A DNA stretch of 64,000 bases from NCBI GenBank assembly GCA_025062235.1, contig JANXAE010000001.1, positions 493-64,492 on the forward strand, in the 5' to 3' direction. The stretch's first letter is position 1. The number at the start of each line of letters is the position of its first letter. Positions 26,515-36,024 of the stretch are shown one piece after another. A program made the translations under genes and the position numbers. Under the pieces are notes generated by a model. It had not been told where the DNA came from. It worked only from the letters and a program-made list of their open reading frames with translations, and did no database searches. Source of the DNA: Bryobacteraceae bacterium. GTDB taxonomy: Bacteria; Acidobacteriota; Terriglobia; Bryobacterales; Bryobacteraceae.

Positions 26515-29208
26515 ATGGGAGTCGTCTGGCTTGTGGCCGCCGCGCAGGCTCTGCTGGGAGCCGCGCTGCCGGTGCCGGCCGCCGAGCCGGGCTACGTCAT
26601 CCGAACCGTCGCGGGGAGCGACTGGACGGGAGATGGCGGCCCTGCCTCCTCCGCCCTGCTGTTTGCTCCCGAAGGAATCGCGCGCGACGCCGCAGGCAAC
26701 CTCTATGTGGCGGATTCGGCCGATCACCGCGTGCGCAAGATCACCCCGGCCGGCATCATCGTCACCGTCGCCGGCGATGGGGAACCGGGTTTCCGGGGCG
26801 ACGGCGGGCCGGCCAGCGCCGCACGGCTCGACGCGCCCTACGGGCTGGCCGCCGACGCACTGGGCAACCTTTACGTCGCCGATTTTGGCAACGCCCGTGT
26901 TCGGCGCATCGCGCCCGACGGAACCATCGTCACCATCGCAGGCGGGGGCGCGCGCGATCCTACTTCGAGCGGCGCAGCCGCGACCGCCGTGCGCCTGCTC
27001 GGTCCGCGCAACCTTGCGCTGGATGCGGCCGGCAATCTCTACGTGGCGGACTTTCGCGACCACCGCATCTACCGGGTCTCGCCGGGCGGAACGATCGAGG
27101 TCGTTGCGGGCACGGGCACTTCCGGCTTCTCGGGCAACGGCGGGCCCGCTCTCCACGCGCAGTTGAGTCACCCCGCCGGCCTTGCCTTCGATCGTGCGGG
27201 CAACCTCTACATCGCCGACAGCGGCAACCGGCGCATCCGGCGCCTTTCCGGCGGTGTTCTGAGCACCGTGCATGTGCCCGTCACGCTCGAGCTGCCCACC
27301 GGCCTGGCTTTCGATGCCGCGGGCAATCTCTACATCGCCGATCGTTCCCGCATCGTCAAGCTCGCTCCCTCTGGCAGCGCCTCCACTTTGGCGCTCGCGG
27401 CGCGCGATCTGGCGCTCGACGCCGCCGGCAACGTCTTCGTCGTGGCCGGCACGCCGCAGCTCATGCGTCTTGGCCCGACCGGCTCGGTCGCCGTCGTCGC
27501 CGGGGTCACCACCGAGCCGCGCTTCTGGGGCGATGGCGGGCCGGCGACCACCGCGCGGCTGGATTCCCCCAGCGGGCTGGCCCTTGCCTCCGATGGCTCG
27601 CTCTATATCGCCGATACGGGCAACGCGCGGATCCGCAAGGTGGATCGGGCAGGAGTGATTTCGACCGTCGCCGGGGCCGGGCGCTCGGGAGCGCTCGGGG
27701 ATTCGCTGCCCGCACTCGCTGCGAGACTGTTCGCACCTGTGGCGCTGTCCTTCGATTCCGCGGGTTGTCTGCTCATCGCCGACTCCGCCGTCAGCCGCGT
27801 CCGCCGGCTCTCTGCCGCAGGTCTGCTCACGAACGTCGCGGGTACGGGTGTCGCTGGATTCAACGGGGACGGGGATGCCGTCATCACGCAACTGAATCAG
27901 CCGGCGGGTCTGGCCGCGGCTGCCGACGGACGTGTCTTCGTCGCGGACACCGGCAACCACCGCATCCGGGCGCTGTCGCTTTCGGGCACCTTGGCCACGA
28001 TCGCCGGGCGCGGCTGGCGCGGTTATGCCGGCGACGGCGGACCCGCCTTGGAGGCGCTGCTCGACTCCCCCGCCGGGCTGGCCCTCGACCGCGACGGCAA
28101 TCTCTACATCGCCGACCGCTGGAATCACGTCGTCCGCAAGCTCAGTGCGAAGGGCATCCTGACGACCGTGGCCGGCTGCGGATGGCCCGGCTTCGCGGGC
28201 GATGGAGGTCCCGCCACGCAGGCCCGCCTCAACCACCCGACGGCGGTGGCGGTGGATCCGCAGGGTAACCTCTACATCGCGGACACCGAGAACCACCGTA
28301 TCCGCAAGGTGACCCCTGACGGCATCATCCGCACGATCGCCGGCGACGGGCAGCCCGGTTTCGCGGGCGACGGCGGCCCGGCGCACCTGGCCCGCCTGCG
28401 CTGGCCCGTAGCCCTCGTCGCGGACTCGCAGGGCAACCTATACGTGGCCGATCGCAACAACCACCGCGTGCGAATCCTCACGCCAGCCTGGGAGCCTGCG
28501 CCGCTGCAACGCGTCGAAGGGGTGGTGCTGCACGCAGCGACGCTGCGGCCCGGACCGGTCGCGCCAGGCCAACTGGTCACGATCCTCGCCCCCGGCGCAG
28601 GCCCGCCGCGTGACGCTGGTCCGCGGTTGGATCCCGGCGGCAAGCTGGCCACGCGTCTGGAAGGCCTCGAAGTCTTGTGGGACGGAAGGCCCGGGCCGCT
28701 GCTCTCGGTGAGTCGCGACGAGATCCGGGCGCAGGCGCCTTATGCCATCGCCGACCGGAAAGAAACCGTCCTCGAAGTGCGCCTGAACGGCGAGCTGCGT
28801 TTCGCCGCCACGCTGCGCGTCGTCGAAGCCTCGCCTGCCTTCTTCACCGGCGGCGACGGCCTGGTCGCGGCACTCAACGAAGACGGCACGCCGAACTCGC
28901 CTTCCAATCCCGCGGCTCGCGGGTCGGTGGTCAGCTTCTTCGCTACGGGCGAGGGTCTGACGGATCCGCCGAGCGAAGAAGGGCGGCCCGCGGGGGCGCT
29001 GCTGGCGAAGCCGGCGTTGCCCGTGAGCCTCACCGTCGGCATCCATACGGCCGAGATACTCTTCGCGGGAAGCGCGCCGGGCATGGTCGGCGTGCTCCAG
29101 ATCAACGCGCGGATCCCGGGCGGGTTCCTGCCCGCGGGCCTGCTCCCCGTCGAGTTGCGGGTGGGCGAGTACCGCAGCCCCGGCGGAGCCGTGATCGCGC
29201 TCCAATGA
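26515..29208 (+). CDS. secreted NHL-repeat beta-propeller protein with a C-terminal domain resembling TIGR03437 (Soli_cterm)
   Basis: At least 12 repeats of the type GDGGPA..A.L..P.GLA.D..GNLYIAD..N.R.R between about 26587 and 28480. The C-terminus has LRPGPVAPGQLVTI..., ...PAFFT... and FAGSAPGMVGVLQINARIP. Confidence 0.85.
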   Translation: MGVVWLVAAAQALLGAALPVPAAEPGYVIRTVAGSDWTGDGGPASSALLFAPEGIARDAAGNLYVADSADHRVRKITPAGIIVTVAGDGEPGFRGDGGPASAARLDAPYGLAADALGNLYVADFGNARVRRIAPDGTIVTIAGGGARDPTSSGAAATAVRLLGPRNLALDAAGNLYVADFRDHRIYRVSPGGTIEVVAGTGTSGFSGNGGPALHAQLSHPAGLAFDRAGNLYIADSGNRRIRRLSGGVLSTVHVPVTLELPTGLAFDAAGNLYIADRSRIVKLAPSGSASTLALAARDLALDAAGNVFVVAGTPQLMRLGPTGSVAVVAGVTTEPRFWGDGGPATTARLDSPSGLALASDGSLYIADTGNARIRKVDRAGVISTVAGAGRSGALGDSLPALAARLFAPVALSFDSAGCLLIADSAVSRVRRLSAAGLLTNVAGTGVAGFNGDGDAVITQLNQPAGLAAAADGRVFVADTGNHRIRALSLSGTLATIAGRGWRGYAGDGGPALEALLDSPAGLALDRDGNLYIADRWNHVVRKLSAKGILTTVAGCGWPGFAGDGGPATQARLNHPTAVAVDPQGNLYIADTENHRIRKVTPDGIIRTIAGDGQPGFAGDGGPAHLARLRWPVALVADSQGNLYVADRNNHRVRILTPAWEPAPLQRVEGVVLHAATLRPGPVAPGQLVTILAPGAGPPRDAGPRLDPGGKLATRLEGLEVLWDGRPGPLLSVSRDEIRAQAPYAIADRKETVLEVRLNGELRFAATLRVVEASPAFFTGGDGLVAALNEDGTPNSPSNPAARGSVVSFFATGEGLTDPPSEEGRPAGALLAKPALPVSLTVGIHTAEILFAGSAPGMVGVLQINARIPGGFLPAGLLPVELRVGEYRSPGGAVIALQ

Positions 29209-29347
29209 AGCGTGCACGTCCCCGCCAAGCCGCCTTGCGTTATGATTGGCTTTGACCGGGGCAGGTCCGGCGCCGCAGGCCGCAGAGGCGAGCGCGCCGC
29301 GGCAGTGCGTCCTGCGCGGTCCGAAATCCCGGAACGTGGGTAGGCCC

Positions 29348-30631
29348 ATGCAGCGCAGAACATTCCTGGCAGGCTCGCTCTCGGCGGGTTTGGGGTTCCA
29401 CATCCTCGGGGCGCAGCGCGAGCGCAGATACCGTACGGCCCTGATCGGCAGCGGCTGGTGGGGCATGAACATCCTCACTTGCGGCGCCATCGAATCGGGC
29501 CAGTGCCAGGTGGTCGCGCTTTGCGACGTGGACGAGAACCAGCTCAACGCGGCGATGAAGAAGGTTCAGGAGCTGACCAGCGACCAGCCACGCCGTTACA
29601 AGGACTACCGCGAGCTGCTGGCGCGCGAGAAGCCCGAGATCGTCATCGTCGCCACGCCCGATCACTGGCACGCGCTGCCCACCATCGCCGCCCTGGAAGC
29701 CGGCGCGCATGTTTACGTGGAAAAGCCCATCGGCCACACGATCATGGAAGGCCGGGCCATGGTGAACGCGGCACGGGCGGCCAAGCGCGTGGTGCAGGTC
29801 GGGTTTCATCGCCGCGTCTCTCCTCACAACGTCTCGGGCATGCAGTTCCTGCGCTCCGGCAAGCTGGGCAAGATCGGCATGGTGCGCGCCTTCGTGCACT
29901 CGGCGGGCGGGCCGGGCAAACCCACGCCGGACTCCGATCCGCCGCCCGGGCTGGACTGGGACTTCTGGTGCGGCCCCGCCCCCAAGCGGCCGTTCAACAA
30001 GGCAATCCACCCCCGCGGATTCCGCCAGTTCCTCGACTACGCCAACGGCACTCTCGGCGATTGGGGCGTGCACTGGATGGACCAGATCCTGTGGATCACC
30101 GAGGAGAAATATCCGCGGAAGGTGTATTCGGCCGGAGGACGGTTCATCCGCCGCGACTCCACCGACGCCCCCGACACGCAGACGGCCGTCTTCGAATTCG
30201 AGTCCTTCATCGTGAACTGGGAGCACCGCACGTACGCGGGCAACGAGGCCGAGAAGACCAACATCGGTTGCTATTTCTACGGAACCGAGGGAACGTTCCA
30301 CATGGGCTGGCTCGACGGCTGGACCTTCTATCCCGCCAAGAAAGGGCAGCCCGTGCTGCACGAGGAGCCCAAGCTCGGCAAGCCCGATGATCAGAACATC
30401 CGCGAGCTGTGGGCGGACTTCCTGGACGCCATTCGCACCGGCCGCCGCCCGGTTGCCGACATCGAATACGGGCATCTTTCCACGAACATGTCCCTGCTCG
30501 GCATGATCTCCTACAGGCTCGGCCGTGCTCTGGTCTGGGACGGCGAGAAAGAAGTCATCGTTGGCGATCCCGAAGCCAACCGGCTGCTGCGCCGTCCGTA
30601 CCGTGAGCCCTGGCAGTATCCGAAAGCGTGA
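29348..30631 (+). CDS. Gfo/Idh/MocA-family oxidoreductase with a Tat signal
   Basis: MQRRTFLAGSLSAGLG twin-arginine leader; Rossmann ALIGSGWWG; VYVEKP. Confidence 0.85.
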   Translation: MQRRTFLAGSLSAGLGFHILGAQRERRYRTALIGSGWWGMNILTCGAIESGQCQVVALCDVDENQLNAAMKKVQELTSDQPRRYKDYRELLAREKPEIVIVATPDHWHALPTIAALEAGAHVYVEKPIGHTIMEGRAMVNAARAAKRVVQVGFHRRVSPHNVSGMQFLRSGKLGKIGMVRAFVHSAGGPGKPTPDSDPPPGLDWDFWCGPAPKRPFNKAIHPRGFRQFLDYANGTLGDWGVHWMDQILWITEEKYPRKVYSAGGRFIRRDSTDAPDTQTAVFEFESFIVNWEHRTYAGNEAEKTNIGCYFYGTEGTFHMGWLDGWTFYPAKKGQPVLHEEPKLGKPDDQNIRELWADFLDAIRTGRRPVADIEYGHLSTNMSLLGMISYRLGRALVWDGEKEVIVGDPEANRLLRRPYREPWQYPKA

Positions 30632-30638
30632 GGCCGCA

Positions 30639-30935
30639 GTGCAGGAAAGGGCGTTCTTCAACGAATCTCGCACCACGCGGCGCGCCAGTCTGAACTGCCC
30701 GCACTGCCGCACAACCGAGACTTACGACTTGCACTGGCTGGTCCGCAAGAAAAAAGACAGGCTGCCGCCCGGAGCCGACGAGGAGGCGCGGGCGAAGTTC
30801 CTGAAGTCGCAAAGCTACATGGTGCTGCTCGACGACAAGGTCGTCTGCCGCAATCCGCGTTGCCGCAAGCCGTTCGAGGTCTCGGGCATCAAGACGGTCG
30901 CTTTCCTGGAGCCCGACGCGCCGGCCCGTCGCTGA
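30639..30935 (+). CDS. small zinc-ribbon protein (hypothetical)
   Basis: GTG at 30639. CPHC ... CRNPRC cysteine pairs; about 98 aa; basic. Confidence 0.45.
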   Translation: MQERAFFNESRTTRRASLNCPHCRTTETYDLHWLVRKKKDRLPPGADEEARAKFLKSQSYMVLLDDKVVCRNPRCRKPFEVSGIKTVAFLEPDAPARR

Positions 30936-30943
30936 GGACCGTC

Positions 30944-31555
30944 ATGCGCCTGTCCTGGATCCTCCTGCTCGTCGCGCTGGCAGGCTGCGGCCGCGAGCGC
31001 AAGGCGGAAGCGCCGCGAAAGACCGCGCCGGCGGCGCCCGTCCGCATCACTCACTTCTACGCCAGCCCGCCGGTCCTCGAACGCGGCCAGCGCGCCACTG
31101 TCTGCTACGGAGTCGAGAACGCCCGCCAGGTGCGTCTCGATCCGCCCGTCGAAGCGCTGCGTCCCCTCTATCACCGCTGCTTCGAGGTCGCGCCACAGCG
31201 CGATACGACTTACACTCTGGAAGCCGTCGGCGCGGACGGCACCACCGCCCGCGCCTCCTTCGAAATCAGGGTCGCGGCCGGTTCCGCGCCTGCAAGGGAG
31301 GTCGCGCCTGTGGCTTCCTCCCTGATCGCGGAATTCGTGGCCACGCCTGCCGAGGTGTCGCCCGGCGAACGCGCCACTGTGTGCTACCAAGTGGCCGAGG
31401 GCGTCGCCATCCGCCTGGAGCCGGATGTGGCGCGGCCTGCCGGGCCGCGCGCCTGCTTTTCGATCGCGCCCCGCCAGACGACGGCCTTCACCTTGATCGC
31501 GACCGAGCCGGACGGTCGCGTGGAGCGGCGCAGCGTGGTGGTCCGCGTCCGCTGA
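30944..31555 (+). CDS. lipoprotein with two tandem Ig-like repeats (hypothetical)
   Basis: Lipobox LVALAGC. Two units of about 80 aa share ...P..(V/L)..G(Q/E)RATVCY.V........L(D/E)P.V...........CF.(V/I)AP.(R/Q)(D/T)T.(Y/F)TL.A...DG. Confidence 0.6.
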   Translation: MRLSWILLLVALAGCGRERKAEAPRKTAPAAPVRITHFYASPPVLERGQRATVCYGVENARQVRLDPPVEALRPLYHRCFEVAPQRDTTYTLEAVGADGTTARASFEIRVAAGSAPAREVAPVASSLIAEFVATPAEVSPGERATVCYQVAEGVAIRLEPDVARPAGPRACFSIAPRQTTAFTLIATEPDGRVERRSVVVRVR

Positions 31556-31565
31556 GGCGCGGCGT

Positions 31566-32420
31566 TCATTCCACCAGCGCAGCCGGGTTGGACAACTCGC
31601 CGATGGCGGGGGCGGCGATGGTGATCACGTCACCGGGTCGAAGGGCCGCTCGCTCGGGCACGATGATCCCCGTGCCGGTCAGCAACACCGATCCGGAAGG
31701 CACACGGTTCGAACGCCGCAGATAGGCGATCAGCTCCTCGAACTTGCGCACCATCGCGCCCGTCGTGGTGGAGCCCTCGAAGATCACCTCGTCGCCGCGC
31801 CGGATCGTGCAACGGATCTCGACGGAGTAGGGGTCGCCCAGCTCGTCGGGCGTCACGATCACCGGCCCGAGGGAGCAGCAACCGCAGTAGAACTTCGATT
31901 GCGGCAAATAGAGCGGGTTCTCGTGCTCGATATCCCAGGCCGACACGTCGTTGGCCAGGGTAAAGCCGAGGATCTCGCCGCGTGCGCCCAGCACTAGGGC
32001 CAGCTCCGGCTCGGCCGCCGTGAAGCGCGAGTCGGCACGGATGCCGATGGGCTGGCCGGGCCCCACGCACACCCTGGCCGTCCCCTTGAAGAAGATCTCC
32101 GGGCGCGGTTGGCGGAGAACGTAGTCGTAGATGCCCCGCGCCTCGCCGTGCTGCGCGTCGCGAAACGTCGCGCTGGGCTCGTAGGTGCAGCCGCACCCCC
32201 ACACCTCAGGGGGCTGGATGGGAATCAGCGGCGCCGCCGGTTCCGGGTGTCGGCTGGCCAGTTCCTCGGCCAGACGCACCAGCGTCGTGTGCTCGGTCTC
32301 GGCCTTGCGGATCAACTCCAGCGTCGAGTAGTTGGGCACCGGGCGCGCCGCTCCGTCCTCGAAGATCGCGGCCACCGTCTGGTTGGCGTATCGGATCTGA
32401 CCCAATCGCATGGTTCGCAA
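31566..32420 (-). CDS. fumarylacetoacetate hydrolase (FAH) family protein
   Basis: FFKGTARVCVGPGQPI, E..LALV and GTGI..P...L..GD are typical of the FAH fold; 284 aa. Confidence 0.8.
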   Translation of the reverse strand: MRTMRLGQIRYANQTVAAIFEDGAARPVPNYSTLELIRKAETEHTTLVRLAEELASRHPEPAAPLIPIQPPEVWGCGCTYEPSATFRDAQHGEARGIYDYVLRQPRPEIFFKGTARVCVGPGQPIGIRADSRFTAAEPELALVLGARGEILGFTLANDVSAWDIEHENPLYLPQSKFYCGCCSLGPVIVTPDELGDPYSVEIRCTIRRGDEVIFEGSTTTGAMVRKFEELIAYLRRSNRVPSGSVLLTGTGIIVPERAALRPGDVITIAAPAIGELSNPAALVE

Positions 32421-32425
32421 TCAGT

Positions 32426-33871
32426 TCAGTACTTGATGTAGACGGTCTTGAAATCGGTGTAGAAATCCAGCGCCGCCGGGCCCTGTTCCTTGGGCCCGAA
32501 GCTGGATTCCTTCGTGCCCCCGAACGGCAACTGGTACTCGACGCCGGCGCTGGGCAGGTTCACCGTGAGCAGACCCGCCTCCATCCGCTGGATGTATTCG
32601 AACACGCGCGACAGATTCGTCGTCTGGAGCGAGGCCGAAAGCCCGAAGGGCACGCGGTTGGCGATTTCGATGGCCTCGTCGAAATCCCGCGCCTTCATCA
32701 CCGCCAGCACCGGGCCGAAGATCTCCTCCTGCGCGATGCGCATGCCGGGCGTGACGCCTGCGAAGATGGTGGGCTCGATGAAATAGCCCTTGTCGTAGTC
32801 CGGTCCGCTAAGACGCCGCCCGCCAAAAACCGGCGGCCCGGCTTCCTCGGTCCCGATCCGTACGTACCGCAGGTCGGTCTCCAGTTGCGCTTCGTCCACA
32901 GCGGGTCCCATCTCGACCCCCGGTTCCAGGCCGTTGCCCACCCTGTAGCGCCGCGTTCGCTCGACGAGGGCATCCAGGAACTTGTCGTAGATCTTCTCTT
33001 CCACGATCGCGCGGCTCGTCGCCGTGCACTTCTGGCCCGTCGAGGCGAAGGCGCCGTTGACCACGTTCTCGACGGCGAGTGCGAGGTCGCAATCCGCCAG
33101 CACTATGGTCGGGTTCTTGCCGCCCATCTCCAGCTGGATCCGCAGGCGCCGGCGCGAGGCCTCAGCATGCAACTGCCGGCCGATTTCGCAGGAGCCGGTG
33201 AACGAGATCGCCCTGAGCGCCGGGGCTTCGATCAGCGCGCGCCCCAGCCGCCCGCCGGATCCGGCCACGAAGTTCACCACGCCGGGCGGGATGCCCGCTT
33301 CGTGACATGCCTCGACGATCCGCCAAGCGCTCAGGGGCGCCGCCGAAGCGGGCTTGAGCACGACCGTGTTGCCGCAGACCAGGGCGGGCGCAAGCTTCCA
33401 GGCCGGAATGGCGCTGGGGAAGTTCCACGGCGTGATCAACCCGACCACGCCGATCGGCCGCCGGATCGCGAAGGTGTGCACGCGGTCGCGCTCGGAAGGC
33501 GTCACCAGCCCGGGCAGCCGCGAGCCCTCCCCGGCGTAATAGCGGAAGATGTTGACCGAACGGCGGACCTCGGCGCGCGATTCCGGCAGCGTCTTGCCCT
33601 CCTCGCGGGTCATCTCGACGGCGAGCTGCTCGAGCCGGCTTTCCAGGATCTCTGCCACCTTGTACAGCAGCGCGCCGCGAGCGGGCGCGGGCATGGAAGC
33701 CCATCCGGGCAGCGCCGCCTCCGCCGCCTCGACCGCCCGCGCCATGTCGCTTTCCGTGCCAGCGACGAACAGGCCCACCAGATCGTCGGTGTTCGCCGGG
33801 TTGCGGTTCTCGAACGTCGGGCCGTCCACCCATTCGCCGCCGATGTAGTTGCGAAAGACCGGAACGCTCAC
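32426..33871 (-). CDS. NAD(P)-dependent aldehyde dehydrogenase (2,5-dioxovalerate/lactaldehyde dehydrogenase-like)
   Basis: ITPWNFP, LEMGGKNP (catalytic Glu), STGQKCTATSR (catalytic Cys) and EEIFGPV. Confidence 0.88.
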   Translation of the reverse strand: MSVPVFRNYIGGEWVDGPTFENRNPANTDDLVGLFVAGTESDMARAVEAAEAALPGWASMPAPARGALLYKVAEILESRLEQLAVEMTREEGKTLPESRAEVRRSVNIFRYYAGEGSRLPGLVTPSERDRVHTFAIRRPIGVVGLITPWNFPSAIPAWKLAPALVCGNTVVLKPASAAPLSAWRIVEACHEAGIPPGVVNFVAGSGGRLGRALIEAPALRAISFTGSCEIGRQLHAEASRRRLRIQLEMGGKNPTIVLADCDLALAVENVVNGAFASTGQKCTATSRAIVEEKIYDKFLDALVERTRRYRVGNGLEPGVEMGPAVDEAQLETDLRYVRIGTEEAGPPVFGGRRLSGPDYDKGYFIEPTIFAGVTPGMRIAQEEIFGPVLAVMKARDFDEAIEIANRVPFGLSASLQTTNLSRVFEYIQRMEAGLLTVNLPSAGVEYQLPFGGTKESSFGPKEQGPAALDFYTDFKTVYIKY

Positions 33872-33902
33872 CGCTGCCTGCCTCCTGTTGGGACCTCCTT
33901 GC

Positions 33903-34469
33903 TCAGAACTTGACCTGCGGTGCCGTGCGCGCGCCCGGCTCCACCCGGAAATACTCGTTGTTGCGCGCGAAGCCGAACAGCGCCGCCACCAGATTGTTGG
34001 GGAACAGCTCCAGCGTCGTGTTGTAGCGCTGCACCGCCTCGTTGTACTTGCGCCGCTCGACCGCGATGCGGTTCTCCGTACCCGCCAACTCGTCCTGCAA
34101 GCGCAGGAAGTTCTCGTTGGATTTCAGTTGCGGGTAGTTCTCCAAGACGACGAGCAGGCGGGCCAGGGCGCTGTCCAGTTGTACGTTCGCCGCCATGCGC
34201 TCGGCGGGCGTCCGCGCGCTCACCAGCGCCGCGCGCGCATCGGCCACCGACTGGATCACGGCGCGCTCCTGGGCCGCGAACCCCTTTACCGTCTCGACCA
34301 GGTTCGGAATCAGGTCGGCCCGCCGCTGCAAAGCCACGTCCACCTGCGCCCAGGCCGCCTCGATCGCGTTGCGCTGCGTCACCAGCTCGTTGCGGATCGA
34401 AACCGCCTTGCCTCCCAACACCAGCCCCAGGATCAGCAGGATCGCAACGAGGATCGCCGCGATTTTCAT
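33903..34469 (-). CDS. lemA: LemA family protein
   Basis: N-terminal TM, then AWAQVDVALQRRADLIPNLVETVKG..., ENYPQLKSNENF and RRKYNEAVQRYN. Confidence 0.9.
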   Translation of the reverse strand: MKIAAILVAILLILGLVLGGKAVSIRNELVTQRNAIEAAWAQVDVALQRRADLIPNLVETVKGFAAQERAVIQSVADARAALVSARTPAERMAANVQLDSALARLLVVLENYPQLKSNENFLRLQDELAGTENRIAVERRKYNEAVQRYNTTLELFPNNLVAALFGFARNNEYFRVEPGARTAPQVKF

Positions 34470-34490
34470 CGTCTGTTGCCTCCTTCCGCC

Positions 34491-35201
34491 TCATTTGGGC
34501 AGCCGGTCCACGACCGCCACCACCGATTGGATCGCGCTCAGGTACCTCTCGAACACCGAGGCCGGATCCAGTTGCCTGGCCCTGATCTTGCCTTCCCGTA
34601 AATCCAGGATGCGCTCGAGCGGCGCCGTGTCCACGCCCAGCTTCTCGCGTACGGTGAGCAGCACGCCGCGCTTCTCCAGCGGCGCTTGGTGTCCGGCCAG
34701 CCGCAGAGCGTGCCGGAACAGCGTGCAGAAGGTGGGCAGCGAATCCGCCAGCAGGGTGCGCAGCAGATCCTTGTCCCGCATCACGCCCGCCGCCTTCTGC
34801 CGCAGGCGCAGCAGCTTGGCGCGTAATTCGTGCTCGACCTGGGCGCGGTAGAACGTATCGTCCACCTCGAGTCCGGCCATCAGGTCCGGGCCATACAGCA
34901 CGCGGTGGCGCTCCACGATGTCGTGGAACTCGATCGGGAAGCAATCGGTCGAATTCTTCACCTCTTCGGCCGTCAACATCAAGGGCGACGGATTGCCCAG
35001 CTCCCGCCACCACCGGACCACGGGCGCCGAATCGGCCAGTTCCCGCGGGCCCAGCTCGCGCAGCACGCACAGCACGTTGATGTCGGAAAACCTCCCGTGG
35101 TAATCGCCCACAGCCGCAGAACCGTACAGCACCACCGAAAGCAAGCGGTCGTCGAAGGCCTTTTTCAGTTTCTCGACGAGCTGGTTGAGCACGCGCTCCA
35201 T
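34491..35201 (-). CDS. Pol-beta-superfamily nucleotidyltransferase-domain protein with a helical C-terminal domain
   Basis: VVLYGSAAVGDYHGRFSDINVLCVL fits hG[GS]-x11-D-h-x-h, but Asn replaces the usual second acidic residue. ATG at 35201. Confidence 0.6.
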   Translation of the reverse strand: MERVLNQLVEKLKKAFDDRLLSVVLYGSAAVGDYHGRFSDINVLCVLRELGPRELADSAPVVRWWRELGNPSPLMLTAEEVKNSTDCFPIEFHDIVERHRVLYGPDLMAGLEVDDTFYRAQVEHELRAKLLRLRQKAAGVMRDKDLLRTLLADSLPTFCTLFRHALRLAGHQAPLEKRGVLLTVREKLGVDTAPLERILDLREGKIRARQLDPASVFERYLSAIQSVVAVVDRLPK

Positions 35202-35214
35202 GATCGGAGTCCCT

Positions 35215-36024
35215 TCACCAATTGCTCGAGGCGCCGCCGCCTCCGGAGTCTCCGCCGCCGAAGCCGCCAAACGAGTCTCCGGAGTCGAATCCTCCGAAGC
35301 CGCCTCCGCTGCGCCAGCCCCCGCCGCGGCTGCTGAGCAGCGTGCCGAGCACCATCGCGGCCATGTCTGCCGGCCCTGCTGCCTGCCAGTGAACGCGCCG
35401 GCGCGGTCCGAAGGCGCGCATCAGCAGCACTCCAGGAATGGCGGCGGCGAACAACCACAGCCATGCCGGGAGCTCGTCGCGGGCGGCTCGGCGGGCTGGG
35501 CCCGGGAGGGGCGCATCCAACTGGACGCCTTTGGCCTGTGCGACCCTCTGGCCGATTTCGGATGCGGCTGCCAGCAGCGCCTCGCCGTAACGCTGCTCGC
35601 GCAAAGCCGGACGCATGACGCGCAGCACGCTGCCCGCGTAACCATCCGGTATCACCGGCTCCAAGCCATAGCCGACTTCGAGCCGGCTGCGTCGGTCCCG
35701 AATGGCCAAAAGCAGCAACAATCCCTCGTTGGTTTTCTTGCTGCCGATGCCCCAGGCGCGGAACAGGGCGTTGGCCACGTCCTCGATCGGTTCGCCTTGC
35801 AGGCTCGGCAACGTCACCAGGGCAAGCTGGACGCCTGTGGCCCTCTCCAGGCGCGCGCAGTAGTCCTCCAGCCGCCGCTTCGATTCGGCGTCCAGCACGC
35901 GCGCGAAGTCGCTCACGTAGCCTTCGGGTTTGAGCGCGGTGAAGTCGAACGCCGCCGCCACTGCGGCCAGCGCGACAAGACACACCGCTACGGTTCGCGC
36001 TCTTTGCACGCCCGGCAATCCCAC
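35215..36024 (-). CDS. TPM-domain (YgcG-like) protein with a C-terminal TM and a Gly-rich tail
   Basis: GYVSDFARVLD...LALVTLPSLQGEPIEDVANALFRAWGIG......LLLLLAIRDRRSRLEVGYGLE; tail GGGFGGFDSGDSFGGFGGGDSGGGG. Confidence 0.85.
   Translation of the reverse strand: MGLPGVQRARTVAVCLVALAAVAAAFDFTALKPEGYVSDFARVLDAESKRRLEDYCARLERATGVQLALVTLPSLQGEPIEDVANALFRAWGIGSKKTNEGLLLLLAIRDRRSRLEVGYGLEPVIPDGYAGSVLRVMRPALREQRYGEALLAAASEIGQRVAQAKGVQLDAPLPGPARRAARDELPAWLWLFAAAIPGVLLMRAFGPRRRVHWQAAGPADMAAMVLGTLLSSRGGGWRSGGGFGGFDSGDSFGGFGGGDSGGGGASSNW

Noticed and set aside
23750-27166. A 1138-aa plus-strand ORF spanning truB and the antisense of the metalloprotease gene.
   Set aside because: It lies in a different frame from the well-supported truB and is antisense to a gene with an intact HExxHxxGxxH motif. 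Its composition is Arg/Gly/Pro-rich low complexity.
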